From Selaginella moellendorffii (taxonomy: Eukaryota > Plantae > Lycopodiophyta): a stretch of DNA of 64,000 nucleotides. The notes below the pieces were generated by a model. The model made no database searches, was not told the DNA's origin, and worked only from the letters and a program-made list of their open reading frames with translations. A program made the position numbers and the translations under genes. Below are positions 37,701 to 49,429 of this stretch, one piece after another (within the stretch, counting starts at the first letter, position 1; each line of letters opens with the position of its first letter). Location of the stretch: positions 66,311 to 130,310 of the forward strand of contig NW_003314285.1 in NCBI RefSeq assembly GCF_000143415.4, read 5' to 3'.

Positions 37701-38354
37701 GTTCCTGGCTTGCAAAAAGAGACTAGAAACATACCGATATTTGTTGCAAAGCCATTCTGTTTGAACAAGCTGTATATATCTGGGTTGACATACTTGGATG
37801 CTGTGTGGACAAGGTTCGTCTGCTGCAAACGGCAAAGGGGGATTTCTCTGATCAAGTCACAAGGGCCTGGCCACTTGAGCGCCTCAAGTGTTTGGTGAAC
37901 TGCTTTTTTCCTTGTCCGCATAACAGTCTCTTGGAAGCGCTTGTCCACCACGTTGTCAGGAAGGTTTGCAACTCTTTCAGCTCCAGGCTATTCCTCAAGT
38001 TCCCTATCGTGAACACCACTAGATTGCCCAACTTCAGGGATTTGCGTTGGTGGTGGTGGTGGTGGTGGCGAGGGCAGAGGCAATAGTGGTAGTGGTGGTG
38101 GCAATGGTGGTTGTGGCGGTGGCGGCGGGGAAAGAGGCAATAGTGGCAGTGGTGGTGGCAATGGTGGTGGTGGCGGTGGCGATGGAGGTGGTGATGGAGG
38201 TGGTGATGGCGGTGGTGGAGGTGGTGATGGTGGAGGTGATGGTGGTGGAGGTGGTGAATCTCTAATTAAATGTGTCTCTATTGTGCCAATGGACATGTCG
38301 ATTGTGATGTCATCGTCAGTGCCAAATTGACTTCTCGTGTCTTCTTGGCTCCAA
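34765..38354 (-). pseudogene. Multi-exon ParB-like + N4C/N6A DNA methyltransferase-like gene (beta-type motif order), MULE cargo, with nonsense codons
   Basis: Poly-Pro N-terminal part; FQIIDGNHRYGAW (ParB box); VILFDFPDG (motif IV position, ~35655-35685); TPLAMQVLLELYCPPDGVVIDCIAGSGSMVEAARDSGKSVFAIE (motifs X-I-II, ~35055-35190). Introns include 37346-37406, 37089-37143 and 36832-36886. In-frame stops at ~37989, ~36767, ~35521 and ~35189. The 5' end falls in a gap. Confidence 0.8.
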
Positions 38355-38577
38355 NNNNNNNNNNNNNNNNNNNNNNNNNNNNNNNNNNNNNNNNNNNNNN
38401 NNNNNNNNNNNNNNNNNNNNNNNNNNNNNNNNNNNNNNNNNNNNNNNNNNNNNNNNNNNNNNNNNNNNNNNNNNNNNNNNNNNNNNNNNNNNNNNNNNNN
38501 NNNNNNNNNNNNNNNNNNNNNNNNNNNNNNNNNNNNNNNNNCGAGAAAAACTGCCCGAAGTGGCTGGCCCGAGCTTG

Positions 38578-38657
38578 ACCTCGGGTAGTTTTGCTCGCCG
38601 AGGGGCCGAGGTTATTTGAATAACCTCGGCCCCTCGGCAAGCAAAACTGCCCGAGGT
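38578..38657. repeat. Near-perfect 39-bp-arm hairpin
   Basis: acctcgggtagttttgctcgccgaggggccgaggttatt-tg-aataacctcggcccctcggcaagcaaaactgcccgaggt. Confidence 0.9.
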
Positions 38658-38825
38658 GGGCAGCCCAAGCTTGACCTCGGCCAGCAAAGAAGCAATCAAG
38701 AAAAAAAAAGGGAAGCAATGGAATGGAAGCAATAGACTCAAAAAATGGAAGTGGAAGCAATCAAATCGAAACTCACCCTTGGTGGCATCTTTCCTCCCTT
38801 GATTTCTTGATCGTGCTAGATTTCT

Positions 38826-39150
38826 TGTGCGCTCAATCTCTCCCGCTCGCGCACTCAATCTCTCCTGCTCTTGCACTCAATCTCTCCGGCTCGCACGCTC
38901 AAACTTTCCCCCTCACGCGCTCAATCTCTCCCGCTCGCGTGCTCAATCTCTCCCGCTCGCGCGCTCAAACTCTCCCGCTCGCGCACTCAAACTCTCCCGC
39001 TTGCGCGCTCAATCTCTCCCGCTCGCGCGCTCAAACTCTCCCGCTCACGCGCTCAATCTCTCCCGCTCATGCGCTCAATCTCTCGATCTCTTGCGTGCTC
39101 AATCCCTTGATCTCCTTCGTGCTCAATCCCTTGATCTCTCGCGCGCTCCA
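38826..39150 (+). repeat. 22-bp tandem repeat (GCGCTCAAWCTCTCCCGCTCGC), roughly 14 units
   Basis: Seen directly, between the two divergent MULE genes. Confidence 0.92.
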
Positions 39151-40301
39151 CTCACGATGCGAACAGTAACCTAATCTTGGCAGCTACCCTAACCCTAATC
39201 CTGACAGCTGCTCTAACCCTAACCAATCTCTAATCCTGGCCGTTCATTCCGAATAACCTAAATCTCAACCATCACAATATCTTTGATCTTATTTTATCTT
39301 ATCATTATTATTATATGTAAATTATGCTTCTTTATTTTGTATATTTTAATGATGGTATAACTAGCACCTATCAACATTTCTGTTATTAGAGATATGATAT
39401 TATATTTTACAAATTATCTAGAAAGGATGCATTCTCATCAATATTTTGTACATATTTTGGAATCGTTACAAGAAATTTAAAGAGTATAAATAAGGCACGT
39501 TAAAATATGTTGTACTATATCCATCTATGAATGGATGAATCCTCATCCAGAAATTTATTTTGTGTTGTATTAGATCCTAAACAATAGGTACGTGCTTTAA
39601 ATGTCATTGAGCAGTGTTCACAATTATGGATAAAACTTGAGTTGTACTACGAATCAAATCTGTCATTGAAGAATAAGATTTGACAAGATTTATTATCATC
39701 TACCACTTAAAATTTGACAACTTGACATATCACACGTGCTGATAGTTAGATTGGATCTCTTGGTTTGACATATTATAGCAGAATGTCATTACTGGTATCA
39801 TTATTAACTATCAAACTTCACGTGCTAAAAATCTTTCCTTGGATCTATGTGTATACATGCATCAGACATCATAATAGATGACAGTAATATTAATACTGTC
39901 ACACTTACACATGTTAAATTTGTTATAGAATTTAAATTCATTTTGTACGTTGTCTTCTTATTACTCTATTTAAATTTCAATTATGTTTCACTATAGATTT
40001 TTACAAGTAGCATAAAGAGAGAGAACTCCAAAACTTATTGAGAAGGATGGAGAGGTTTTTTCTTCATTTTTGAGATCACCCACCTTTTTCATTCTCTCAG
40101 AGTATTGTTTCTGAAAGATTTTTATGTCGGCGTTTTGATCTTCGTCTTGGCTCTATTTCTTTAGAGGCTGTGATCCGCAACAACACCGGTATAGTTGCAT
40201 ACTTGGAGTTTCTTCTTTCTGGTGTGGGTGAGGGTGGACAACAATGGGATTTACAAAATTCCAAGTCGAAGGAGATTCGAGTGTTCGGATCTCTAGTCAA
40301 A

Positions 40302-43300
40302 ATGCCAAAATGCGCTCCAACAAAAGTGAATGTGAAGCAAGAGTCAGTCGTTATCCTCTCATCCTCTTCTAGTTCAAGTGGAGATGTCATGCTAGTGTCG
40401 ACGCCAAATTCACCAGCTCCAGCTCTAGCTCCAACTCCAACTTCAGCAATATTCAAAGCCGTTAGCAATGCTTTCCAGTTTTCACGCCTCTCAATCGACG
40501 TGAACTTGTTTTTGTATAGGCCTGTGAGTGAGCTTCCATCCTCCTACAATGGCAACATTTTCTTCGAGCTACCACCTCTTGTCAGCAGCACAGGTTTCAA
40601 ACGGAAGGGGATGGAAACTAAGTAGGATGTCCACAATTGGTGCAAGATCAAGACCACACACTTCTAACATTTTGAAGGTAGAGTGTCTATAGTTCATTGT
40701 GGCGGGCATTTTGATTGTGTGGATGAAGCATGCAATCTAGACCGCTCTAGAAACTCTATATTTTTCAAAGGGTCTGCAGTCAATCCTCCAGTCTGTGACA
40801 CCATTGCTGTTGGATTCAAATGTCGATTCTGCAAAAATGATCCTTTATGTCGTGCTATCTGCGAGGCCAAGATGTACTACTTTCTTCCACGGGATGGAGT
40901 GGCTGAAAGAGCTACAGTGCATGTTGGCACACATATGCATCCAATGCAGGAAGGGATACAAAGGAGTTCTCTCAACCGTTTCAAAGATGCTATACAGGAA
41001 GAGACTATGAGAAACTCATCTACAACTCCGAAGCATGTTCAGAAGACCGTCCTCAAGGATTTTATCGCAAATACCTTACTCAATCTAGGTTGCCAAAAGA
41101 CTCAACTAAACGAGGCTAGCTTGCAAGACTTACTACGAGGAGTACAACCTGCTACTAGCCTAAGGAGGTACATCCGTTATTTTTCATACATTATAATAAT
41201 AACTTTTTCTTACATTATATTGTTTAGGATAAAATCTTGGATGTGTGAATCTCGAGAGGGGAAGTTGCAATAAAAAATTGACTCCATCCTTGAATTGAAA
41301 CGGACCTGTCCATACGAGTTCATCCATGGAAGTTTGTTTTCAGACCAAGTTGTGAATGAGCAAGAGCGCTTCTTCGTCTTCAAAATGTCTACCATGGGCC
41401 CTGCCTCTGGCGTAGATCTTGTCTCCCGAATGGATATGTTTGGGTCCAGTGACCTTGCAAATGCATGGGTACATTTTGACCATATGGAGCATGTATCTGG
41501 TTGGACAACCATGGGAGCTCATGTGTATGATCCAAGGTAATTTTTATTCTTATTATATTAAAATTGTTATAATATTTATGTTTTCATAGGCTACGTTGTA
41601 ACTTAACAATTGCGACAGCAGAGTTTAAAGTACAAGACCAGATAGCACAAGAAATATTTTGGAAGTTCCTCTTTGATATTGTCCTAAAGTGGACTGGTAA
41701 GCCTGCAAAATTTCGTGGTTTCATGGCAGATGGGGCTGGTGCAAATTGGAATGGTATTCGAGCAGTTTTTTGGGAATGGTCAAGCATTGGAAGGTCGTGA
41801 GAGGACTTGTGAGTTCCATTGGGACCAGCACTGCCACCTTATCAAGCTAGAGTTTCAATCAATATTTAAGGAGTTGTGCAAAGAATGGCAGATTGCACCT
41901 TCTAAAGAAGAGCATGAGGCAAAAATAAACGAGATCCGAATGTGGTGGCGTGAAGATGGCCATACAGACGTAAGTTGCCTACCACAACTTGAGTTATGGT
42001 TAGGATGGTGGGAAGTTAGGATGTTCCAATGGGGACATCACTCTTTTTAGGTTGGTTTATATTTTTTCTTCTCCTTTTATTACCTTTTAATATTGCCTTT
42101 TCCATTAGGATCAACCACTTGAGGACCTCGCATACACCCCAACTGTGAATCTCTCCGAAAGTAAGTATTGGAGTTGGCGTTCCTCTGAGGCAGGGAAAGG
42201 GAAGATGAGTCTATATGAAGCCTGTCTATCAGATTCGATACGTGCTATAGAGCAATCTTCAAAAGCACTGGCATTTGAGGAAGGAAGATACATGGGAACA
42301 GGGCCTTCTGTTGAGATGTTACATGATAGGATGAAGAGAAAATTAACTCCACCTGCCCGAACAGTGGCAATTACAGTTGAGGAAGTGGTCCATGGCACAT
42401 CTATGGAGTACACTCCCCGAGCTTCTATTGGTGATATGAAGATTGTCTGCTCAAAGCGTCGTTTTTCCTTTGCTGGGGAAGATGTTGGTACGGACCTTGG
42501 AGCAAAAAGCTCTCACAGGCCTGATGTCAAGTACCATTCTGCTCCAAGACACCACTCTCGGACCAAGCCACCTCAAGTGGCTAATGAAGAGAGTGCATCG
42601 CAACAGGTTGAAATTGCTTACCGTAGCGTAGAGCCGAAGAAATGGGCAATCCGACACGTGCCAGCAGAATCGAATGTAAGGTGTGTGGGGATGCTTCCGA
42701 GGGGCAAGTGTTGGGCTTGGATTCATGGTGAAAAATCTTCTTCTGTTCCAGCCCCATGTTTCTATGGGGAACGAAAGCAAGCAGGATTTTCAAGATGGTG
42801 CTGGCTATATTGTTGCAACACTGACGCCAACCATACGAAGCGACTTGAAGACACTATAGTGACTAAACCTGATGCAATACCTAAAGAATGGCCGGTTGCT
42901 AATGGGGTCGCATTCACCTCGGATGAGATTGAAAACCTTGAGAAATTTGGTTTTAATCTTGAGAGGAGAGTTGGAGACATGAGTGACAGGAGCAGGATTA
43001 TTCCTACAGAGATGCACAGGAGGCCAGCATGAAAAGGTAAGGCAGTTAAATTTATTGGTAAAATAAACTTAGCTCAAACACTTGAGTGTGAGATTCTCTC
43101 CACGAAGTACATCACTGCACTTGCAAAGGAGTACACAGTCAAAACAGAAGGTGGAGAGTACACAATTGCCATTCACGACTTTCCTTCTTGCACATGTATA
43201 GACTTTACGAAGCGCGAGGAACATGGGAAGGCATATGCTCCTTGTAAGCATATGTACTACATCTTCATCAACATCTTGCACCAGGATCCTAAAGTGGATA

Positions 43301-43362
43301 TTCATATACACCAAGCAAGCCTTACTATTGCTGAGTTGCAGAAAACTTTTGGAGCTAATTAG
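40302..43362 (+). pseudogene. MULE transposase (WRKY/GCM1-like Zn domain, DDE core, C-terminal SWIM) with stops
   Basis: CGGHFDC...CRFC...HVGTHMHP; VHFDH; FMADGAGANWNG; RTCEFHW (CxxH); NLSES; CTCIDF...PCKHMYY (SWIM). Short introns and several nonsense codons. Confidence 0.88.
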
Positions 43363-43453
43363 ATTTCTCCAACACTATTGATGTTTATTCTCTATCAATA
43401 AAACTTATTATACTTTATATAATTAATAAAAATATACTTTTTCATTTCACTTT

Positions 43454-43906
43454 TCATTTTATATGCTTTCGAGTGTTCTTCTCGCAATACTGCCCATAGT
43501 ACTCGTATGTCTCCATTTCTATCTTTACCATCTCAAAAAAGATTTCATGGTAGTCTTTCGGATGCGTGATATTGCAGTGTGTCGCAAGAGCATATATACC
43601 ATCATACTGATCATTGCCATTATTTCCACCAGACGCTAGAAAACATATGGGGCACTTCTTGAAAGTGGCAGAATTACACTTTTCTAAAACAAGTAAGAGG
43701 GCATTCTTTTTCACCCAATTTGTTGCACCCTTTGTCATTGCATTTATCTCCAACTCATGATCACTATCCTTACTATCCTCTCTTTCATTCTCTTGTGTGA
43801 TTTGGTTATGCTGTGCAATGGGATAGTTATTGCATCTCCTATCCCTTGAGCCCTGACAATAAAGATTGTGAGAGTTAAAATTACCAACACTATAACTTAT
43901 AGACAT
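43454..43906 (-). CDS. Small zinc-finger protein (zf-XS/SGS3-like), MULE cargo; 5' end may be in gap
   Basis: CPICFLASGGNNGNDQYDGIYALATHCNITHPKDYHEIF. A decayed paralog lies at ~46270-46425. Confidence 0.55.
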   Translation of the reverse strand: MSISYSVGNFNSHNLYCQGSRDRRCNNYPIAQHNQITQENEREDSKDSDHELEINAMTKGATNWVKKNALLLVLEKCNSATFKKCPICFLASGGNNGNDQYDGIYALATHCNITHPKDYHEIFFEMVKIEMETYEYYGQYCEKNTRKHIK

Positions 43907-46900
43907 TTNNNNNNNNNNNNNNNNNNNNNNNNNNNNNNNNNNNNNNNNNNNNNNNNNNNNNNNNNNNNNNNNNNNNNNNNNNNNNNNNNNNNNNNNNNNN
44001 NNNNNNNNNNNNNNNNNNNNNNNNNNNNNNNNNNNNNNNNNNNNNNNNNNNNNNNNNNNNNNNNNNNNNNNNNNNNNATGGCTTCACATAGAATCTTATT
44101 TCAAATTTAATAATTTTTTAATTCTGACAAACCTAACATTTACTAGATAGAGTACAAATTTAACGAAGTGACAAGAATACTCTTTTTGCAAACATTTTAT
44201 TTTATGTTCTAACAAATGTCCCTATCATTGCATGTAGTAAATATTTAAATTATTAGAACAAAAAGTGTTCTTTAGAACATTTTTATCTATATAATATATA
44301 GAGAGTTATTAAATTATTAGGTTCGCCATAACCTTAAAATTTTAAAATTTATAATGTTTGTACTAAATTACAATTAAAAATTGAGCTCAACTATGGTCTG
44401 TGCCCCATTTTGACCATATGGAGTAGGTGGTGGGTTAGATAACCATGGGAGCTCATGTGTATGATCTGAGGTAGTTTTTTTTCTCATTATCTTAAAATGG
44501 TTTTAAGCATTGCCCTTTCCACAGGCTACATTGTAACTTGACAATTGCAACAGTAGAGTTTAAAGTACAAGACCAGATGGCTCAAGAAATATTTTGGACG
44601 TCCCTCTTTGACATTGTATTGAAGCGGATTGGTAAGCCTACCAACTTTCACGGTTTCATGGCAAATCGGACTAGAACTAAATGAAATGGTGTCCGGGTAG
44701 TCTTTGGGAATAGTCAACCCCTAGAAGGTCATAAGAGAACTTGTGAGTTTCATTGGGCTCAGAGCCTAAACTAACACTGCCACCTTATCAAGCCAGATTT
44801 TCAATTAGCATTTAAGGAGTTGTGTAAACAATGGCAGGTTGCACCTTCTAAAGAAGAACATGAGGCAAAAGTAAACAAGATCTGAATGTGGTGGCGTGAA
44901 GATGGCTATACTAACGTAAGTTGTCTACCACAACTTGAGTCGTGGTTGAGGTGGTGGAAAGTTAGAATGTTCTAATAGGGACATCACTCTTTTTAAGTTG
45001 GTTTTTCTTTTTTTCCTCTCTTTTTATTGCTTTTTAATATCATCTTTTTATAAGGATCAACCACTTGAGAATCTTGCATACACCCTAACTGTGAATCTCT
45101 CAGAGAGTAAGCATTGGAGCTGGCGTTCCTCTTGGGAAGATGAGTTTATATGAAGCATGTTTATCAGATTTGATATGCGTTGTAAAGCAGTCTTCAAAAG
45201 CCTTGGCATTTGAGGAAGGAAGATATATGGGAACAGAACCTTCAGTTGAGATATTACACGATCGGATGAAGAAGAAAGGATTCCACCAACATGAACANNN
45301 NNNNNNNNNNNNNNNNNNNNNNNNNNNNNNNNNNNNNNNNNNNNNNNNNNNNNNNNNNNNNNNNNNNNNNNNNNNNNNNNNNNNNNNNNNNNNNNNNNNN
45401 NNNNNNNNNNNNNNNNNNNNNNNNNNNNNNNNNNNNNNNAGTGCTAGCAAAATCAAAATCAAATGCAAAGTGTGTAGGGATGCTTTCGAGGGGCAAGTGT
45501 TGCGTTTGGAATCCGTGGTGATAAGTCTGCTTCTATTCCAGCCCTATGTTTCCATGGGGAACGAAAACAAGCAGGATTTTCAAGATGGTGTTGGCTATAT
45601 TGTTGCAACACTGATGTGAACCATACAAAGTGGCTTGAAGACACTATAATGACTAAACCTAAGGTAGTACCTAAAGAATGGCCGGTTGCTGATGGGGTGG
45701 TTGTGCTCACCTCAAATGAAATTGAAAACTTTGAGAAATCTAGTTTCAATCTTGAAAGGAGAGTTGAAGACATGAGTGATAAAACCAGAACTGTTCTTAC
45801 AAAGATGCACAGGAGGTTAGCAAGAAAAGGTAAGGCAATTAAATTTATTGGTACTATCTCCAAGCAAAAGCAAGGTAAAATAAACTTGGCTCAAACACTT
45901 GAGTGTGAGATTCTCTCCACGAAGTATATCACTGCCCTTGCAAAGGAGTATATAGTAAAAAAAAAACGTGGAAAGTACATAATTGCCATTCAAGACTTTC
46001 CTTCGTGCACATATCCAGACTTTACGAAATGTGAGGAACATGGGGAGGCATATGCTCTTTGCAAACATATGTACTACATCTTCAGCAACATCTTGCACTA
46101 GGATCCTAAAGTGGATATTCATATACACCAAACAAGCCTTACTATTGCCAAGTTGTAAAAAAATTTTGAAGCTAATTAGATTTTCTAGCACTATCGATGT
46201 TTATTCTCTATCAATAATATAAACTTATTATACCTTTTATAATTAGTAGAAATATTTTATTATTTCACTTTTCATTTCATATACTTGCGAGTGTTCTTTT
46301 CACAATACTGCCCATAGTATTTGTGAGTCTCTATTTTTGTCTTTACCATCTCAAACAATATTTCATGATAGTCTTTCGGATGTGTGATGTTGCAATATGT
46401 TGTGAGAGCATATATACTATCATAGTTATTTATTTTTTCCTTTCAAATGGTTATATGGCCTTATATAGAATCTTAATTCAAATTTAATAATTTTAAAATT
46501 CTAACAAACCTGACATTTACTAGCCAAAAAGCACAGAGTACAAATTTAAAGAAGTGACAAGAATACTCTTTTTGCAAACATTTTATTTTATATTCTAACA
46601 AACGTCCCTATCATTGAATATAGTAAATATTTAAATTATTAAAACAAGAATTGTCCTTTAGAACATTTTTATCTATATAATATATAGAGAGTTATGAAAT
46701 TATTAGGTTCACCATAATCTTAAAATTTTAAAGTTTATAATGTTTGTACTAAATTACAATTGAAAATTGAGTTCAACTCTTCAACTTGTGAGCTCAAGTA
46801 TGGTTCGCGCTCGTAGGATGAAATGGCTAGGCTGATCATGTTAGTGCTAAAGGATAATCAATTTAGATTGTGGATGATGATCAAGTTGTTTCTCCAGCAT

Positions 46901-48653
46901 TGAGACTGATATTTCCATATTGTCTATGGCATCTTGATAGCTGAAAGTTGCCCCAACAACTTCTAGAATATTGAGAGTGTTGGGTGTTATCCATGGCCTC
47001 TAGCTCATCCAAGAGCTAATCTACAATTGCTGAAAGAACAACAAACTCACTAAAATCTTAGTCCTTAAATAAAGAGGTTAAGGTGTTCACCGGAAAACTA
47101 CTTTTTATACACTATTTGGTTTATATGAGTTTTTCATGATGCTATTTGGTTTGAACAATGCTTTAACAACTTTCCAATGAAAGGTAAATGAAGTTCTTTG
47201 TGATATGCTAGAGGTGACTGCTAACTTCATCGATGATGTCTTGATCCACTCGGAGGGGACATAGGAGGAACATATCCATAATATTTGTAAGGTGTTAGAT
47301 TAGCTAAGGGAAATTGGTTTAAAGTTGAAGTAGTTGAAGTGTGTGTTTAGGTCCAAGGACACAATTTATCTTGGGTACCGTATTTCTTATGAGGGTTCGC
47401 AAGTTGATCCTGATAAACTTGTGGCTAGTCTAAAGTTCCCTACTCTGAAGTGTATAAATGATATGTAGCACTTTCTTAGCAAGGTGTAGTATCTTGGTCG
47501 TTTTGTTGATCATCTTTTTTATCACACTACACCATTACAAGCATTGCTAAAGTTGTCAATACCATCTTTCATTTGGTCTATAGACTATAAGCGGGTGTTT
47601 ATGGATCTCAAAGAGTTATTAACAACTTTTCCAATTTTGGCATATCCTAACTACACTTGGCTTTTTATATTGCATGTGGATGCTTCTAATATTGGTCTTA
47701 GAGGTATGTTGATGTAAGAGAGCCAGAGTATGCTTGAATAGCACCATCCCATTGCATATATCAACTGCACATTACAACTAGTGGAGATAAACTACTCCAC
47801 ACTAGAGAAGTGTTTAGCAATAGTTTGGTGGGGGTTTCAAGAAACTTCATGCATATTTATATAGTTCTTGGACATTACTAAAAGGTGATCATGCTGTCTT
47901 TACTTCATTATTGAAGTAGAAGAACTTAATTGATTATACTACTCAATGGGCTTTAAAGTTTTAGATATATTATTTTAATGTTATTCATCGTCCAGGGAGT
48001 TTTATGGATGATGCTGATGCTTTTTCTCGAGCTCCTCTTCCTTCTTTGCTCCCTTCTCATATTTTTAATGAACCTATTATTCTAGCATCTATGGATTTTT
48101 TGGACGAAAATTATGTGCTATCGGCAGTTGCTATACTTGACATTTAGTGTCCACAAGATGTAGAGCAAGATTTATTTTCTCTTGAAAAGGTTCATAAGGC
48201 TCAAAAGATTGAGCTATGGATTTAAAGGCTTCACGATGGGTTTGAGAATGTTGCATCACTTGCTAATGACTTGCAATTTTGGCATTTACATTCTCGATAT
48301 CACCTTGAGGACTGTCTTCTTTATTTTTGTGGGATGGATCTTGATAATCATTTATAGTTGGCAGTGCTTTCGCTCTTTGTTCCATGTTTTCTTTATGCCT
48401 ACCATGATTCTCTTGTTCTAGGCAAGTATATGGAACTTTGTCGTGTGATCGAAAAGCTATGTAAGTCTTTCTATTAGTTAGAGATGTGATGTGATGTTAT
48501 TTATTATGTAAGTAGTTGTGTTTAGTGTCAAGCTCATAATACTCCCCCTCGAGCTGTGGAAGGACGGTTGGAGTCAATTGTAGTTTTCTATCTGTTTAAG
48601 TTAGTAGTGTTTGATTTGATGGGGCTTTTTCCACAATCAACTGTTGGTAATTT

Positions 48654-49105
48654 TGTTGCAGATATGAGAGAGATTTTTGGTGTAGCACTAGTTGCAATAG
48701 TCTGCTGTTGTGGTTGTAAAAAGCCAAAGGGATTTAAATGTCATTGTTCTTGAGTTGGTACTATGTTTCTCACTCTAGAATATGCTATAGAACACACGAA
48801 TCAATTAGAAAGTAATTGAGACCTTTGATCCCTAAGAACATGCATGCAATAAGTATTGTGAGTAAAAATAAATTTGACATCACTAAAATACTCCAAGTCT
48901 TGAGCAAATAGATGTGCATTGATAGGCCAAAGTACAATAGAGATAGGGATAAGGGTCAAGTGCTAACTCTCCCCCTTAACTACTCCTATATGGTGGCAAC
49001 CACTACTTCTTCCTAAGTCCTGTTGTCAAGATTGTAACCTTAAGTGTCAAGGTTATAATCTTGACTATCAGGAAAATGCCCGAATACATGTTTAATTAGC
49101 TATGC
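48654..49105. repeat. Direct repeat (LTR-like) shared with ~61130-61535, bounding the nested block
   Basis: Both copies contain gggattt..atgtcattgttcttgagttggtactatgtttctc...ctcccccttaactact. Confidence 0.7.
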
Positions 49106-49233
49106 TTCACTCTCCCACAACTGAATGGAGCTCTGTCTCGAGGCTCCTACTGCTCTATCGTGTTGGTTGGCTTTGTTGGCATTGGATTTCCTACAAGTTC
49201 AACCTTGAACTTGTTGAGTCGCTAGTGAAACTC

Positions 49234-49429
49234 TGTAAACACTCCTGGGTTTGGTCTTCCCGGGAGGTCACCCATCCCAGTACTACTCAAACCCAAAGAC
49301 GCTTAACTCCAACTATCCCAAGACCCTTGACCGATTGGAAAAGGGGGTGCACTCTTGTTCATGGGCCCTTTCCCTCTATATTTGAACCCCATGGATCGTC
49401 TCTCAAGTCGTTCTCTTTGGTTGCTTACA
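49234..49429 (-). mobile_element. Cassandra-type solo LTR with 5S rRNA-derived segment
   Basis: TGTAA...TTACA ends, 5-bp TSD AACTC, 5S-like core at ~49255-49310. Confidence 0.85.

Larger units (their letters stand above)
32670..44405 (+). mobile_element. Mutator-like element (MULE), ~11.7 kb, short degenerate TIRs
   Basis: 9-bp TSD CATTTTGAC at 32661-32669 and 44406-44414. GGG...CCC termini with shared GTTGAGCTCA/TGAGCTCAAC. MULE transposase inside. Confidence 0.9.
32200..46812 (+). mobile_element. Older, 5'-truncated MULE copy (32200-32669 + 44406-46812) hosting the younger MULE
   Basis: Transposase sequence homologous to 41017-43362 resumes directly after the duplicated CATTTTGAC. It has its own right terminus (gagctcaagtatggttcgcgctc) at ~46812. 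Confidence 0.85.

Noticed and set aside
37988-38296. Extensin/formin-like gene
   Set aside because: The poly-Pro tract is in frame with the ParB exon across one TAG, so it is part of the MULE cargo gene.
38270-38876. ORFs spanning N runs (also near 43900, 45300, 49600, 60700)
   Set aside because: Artefacts of assembly gaps.
38723-39174. Overlapping repetitive ORFs
   Set aside because: They are translations of the 22-bp tandem array.
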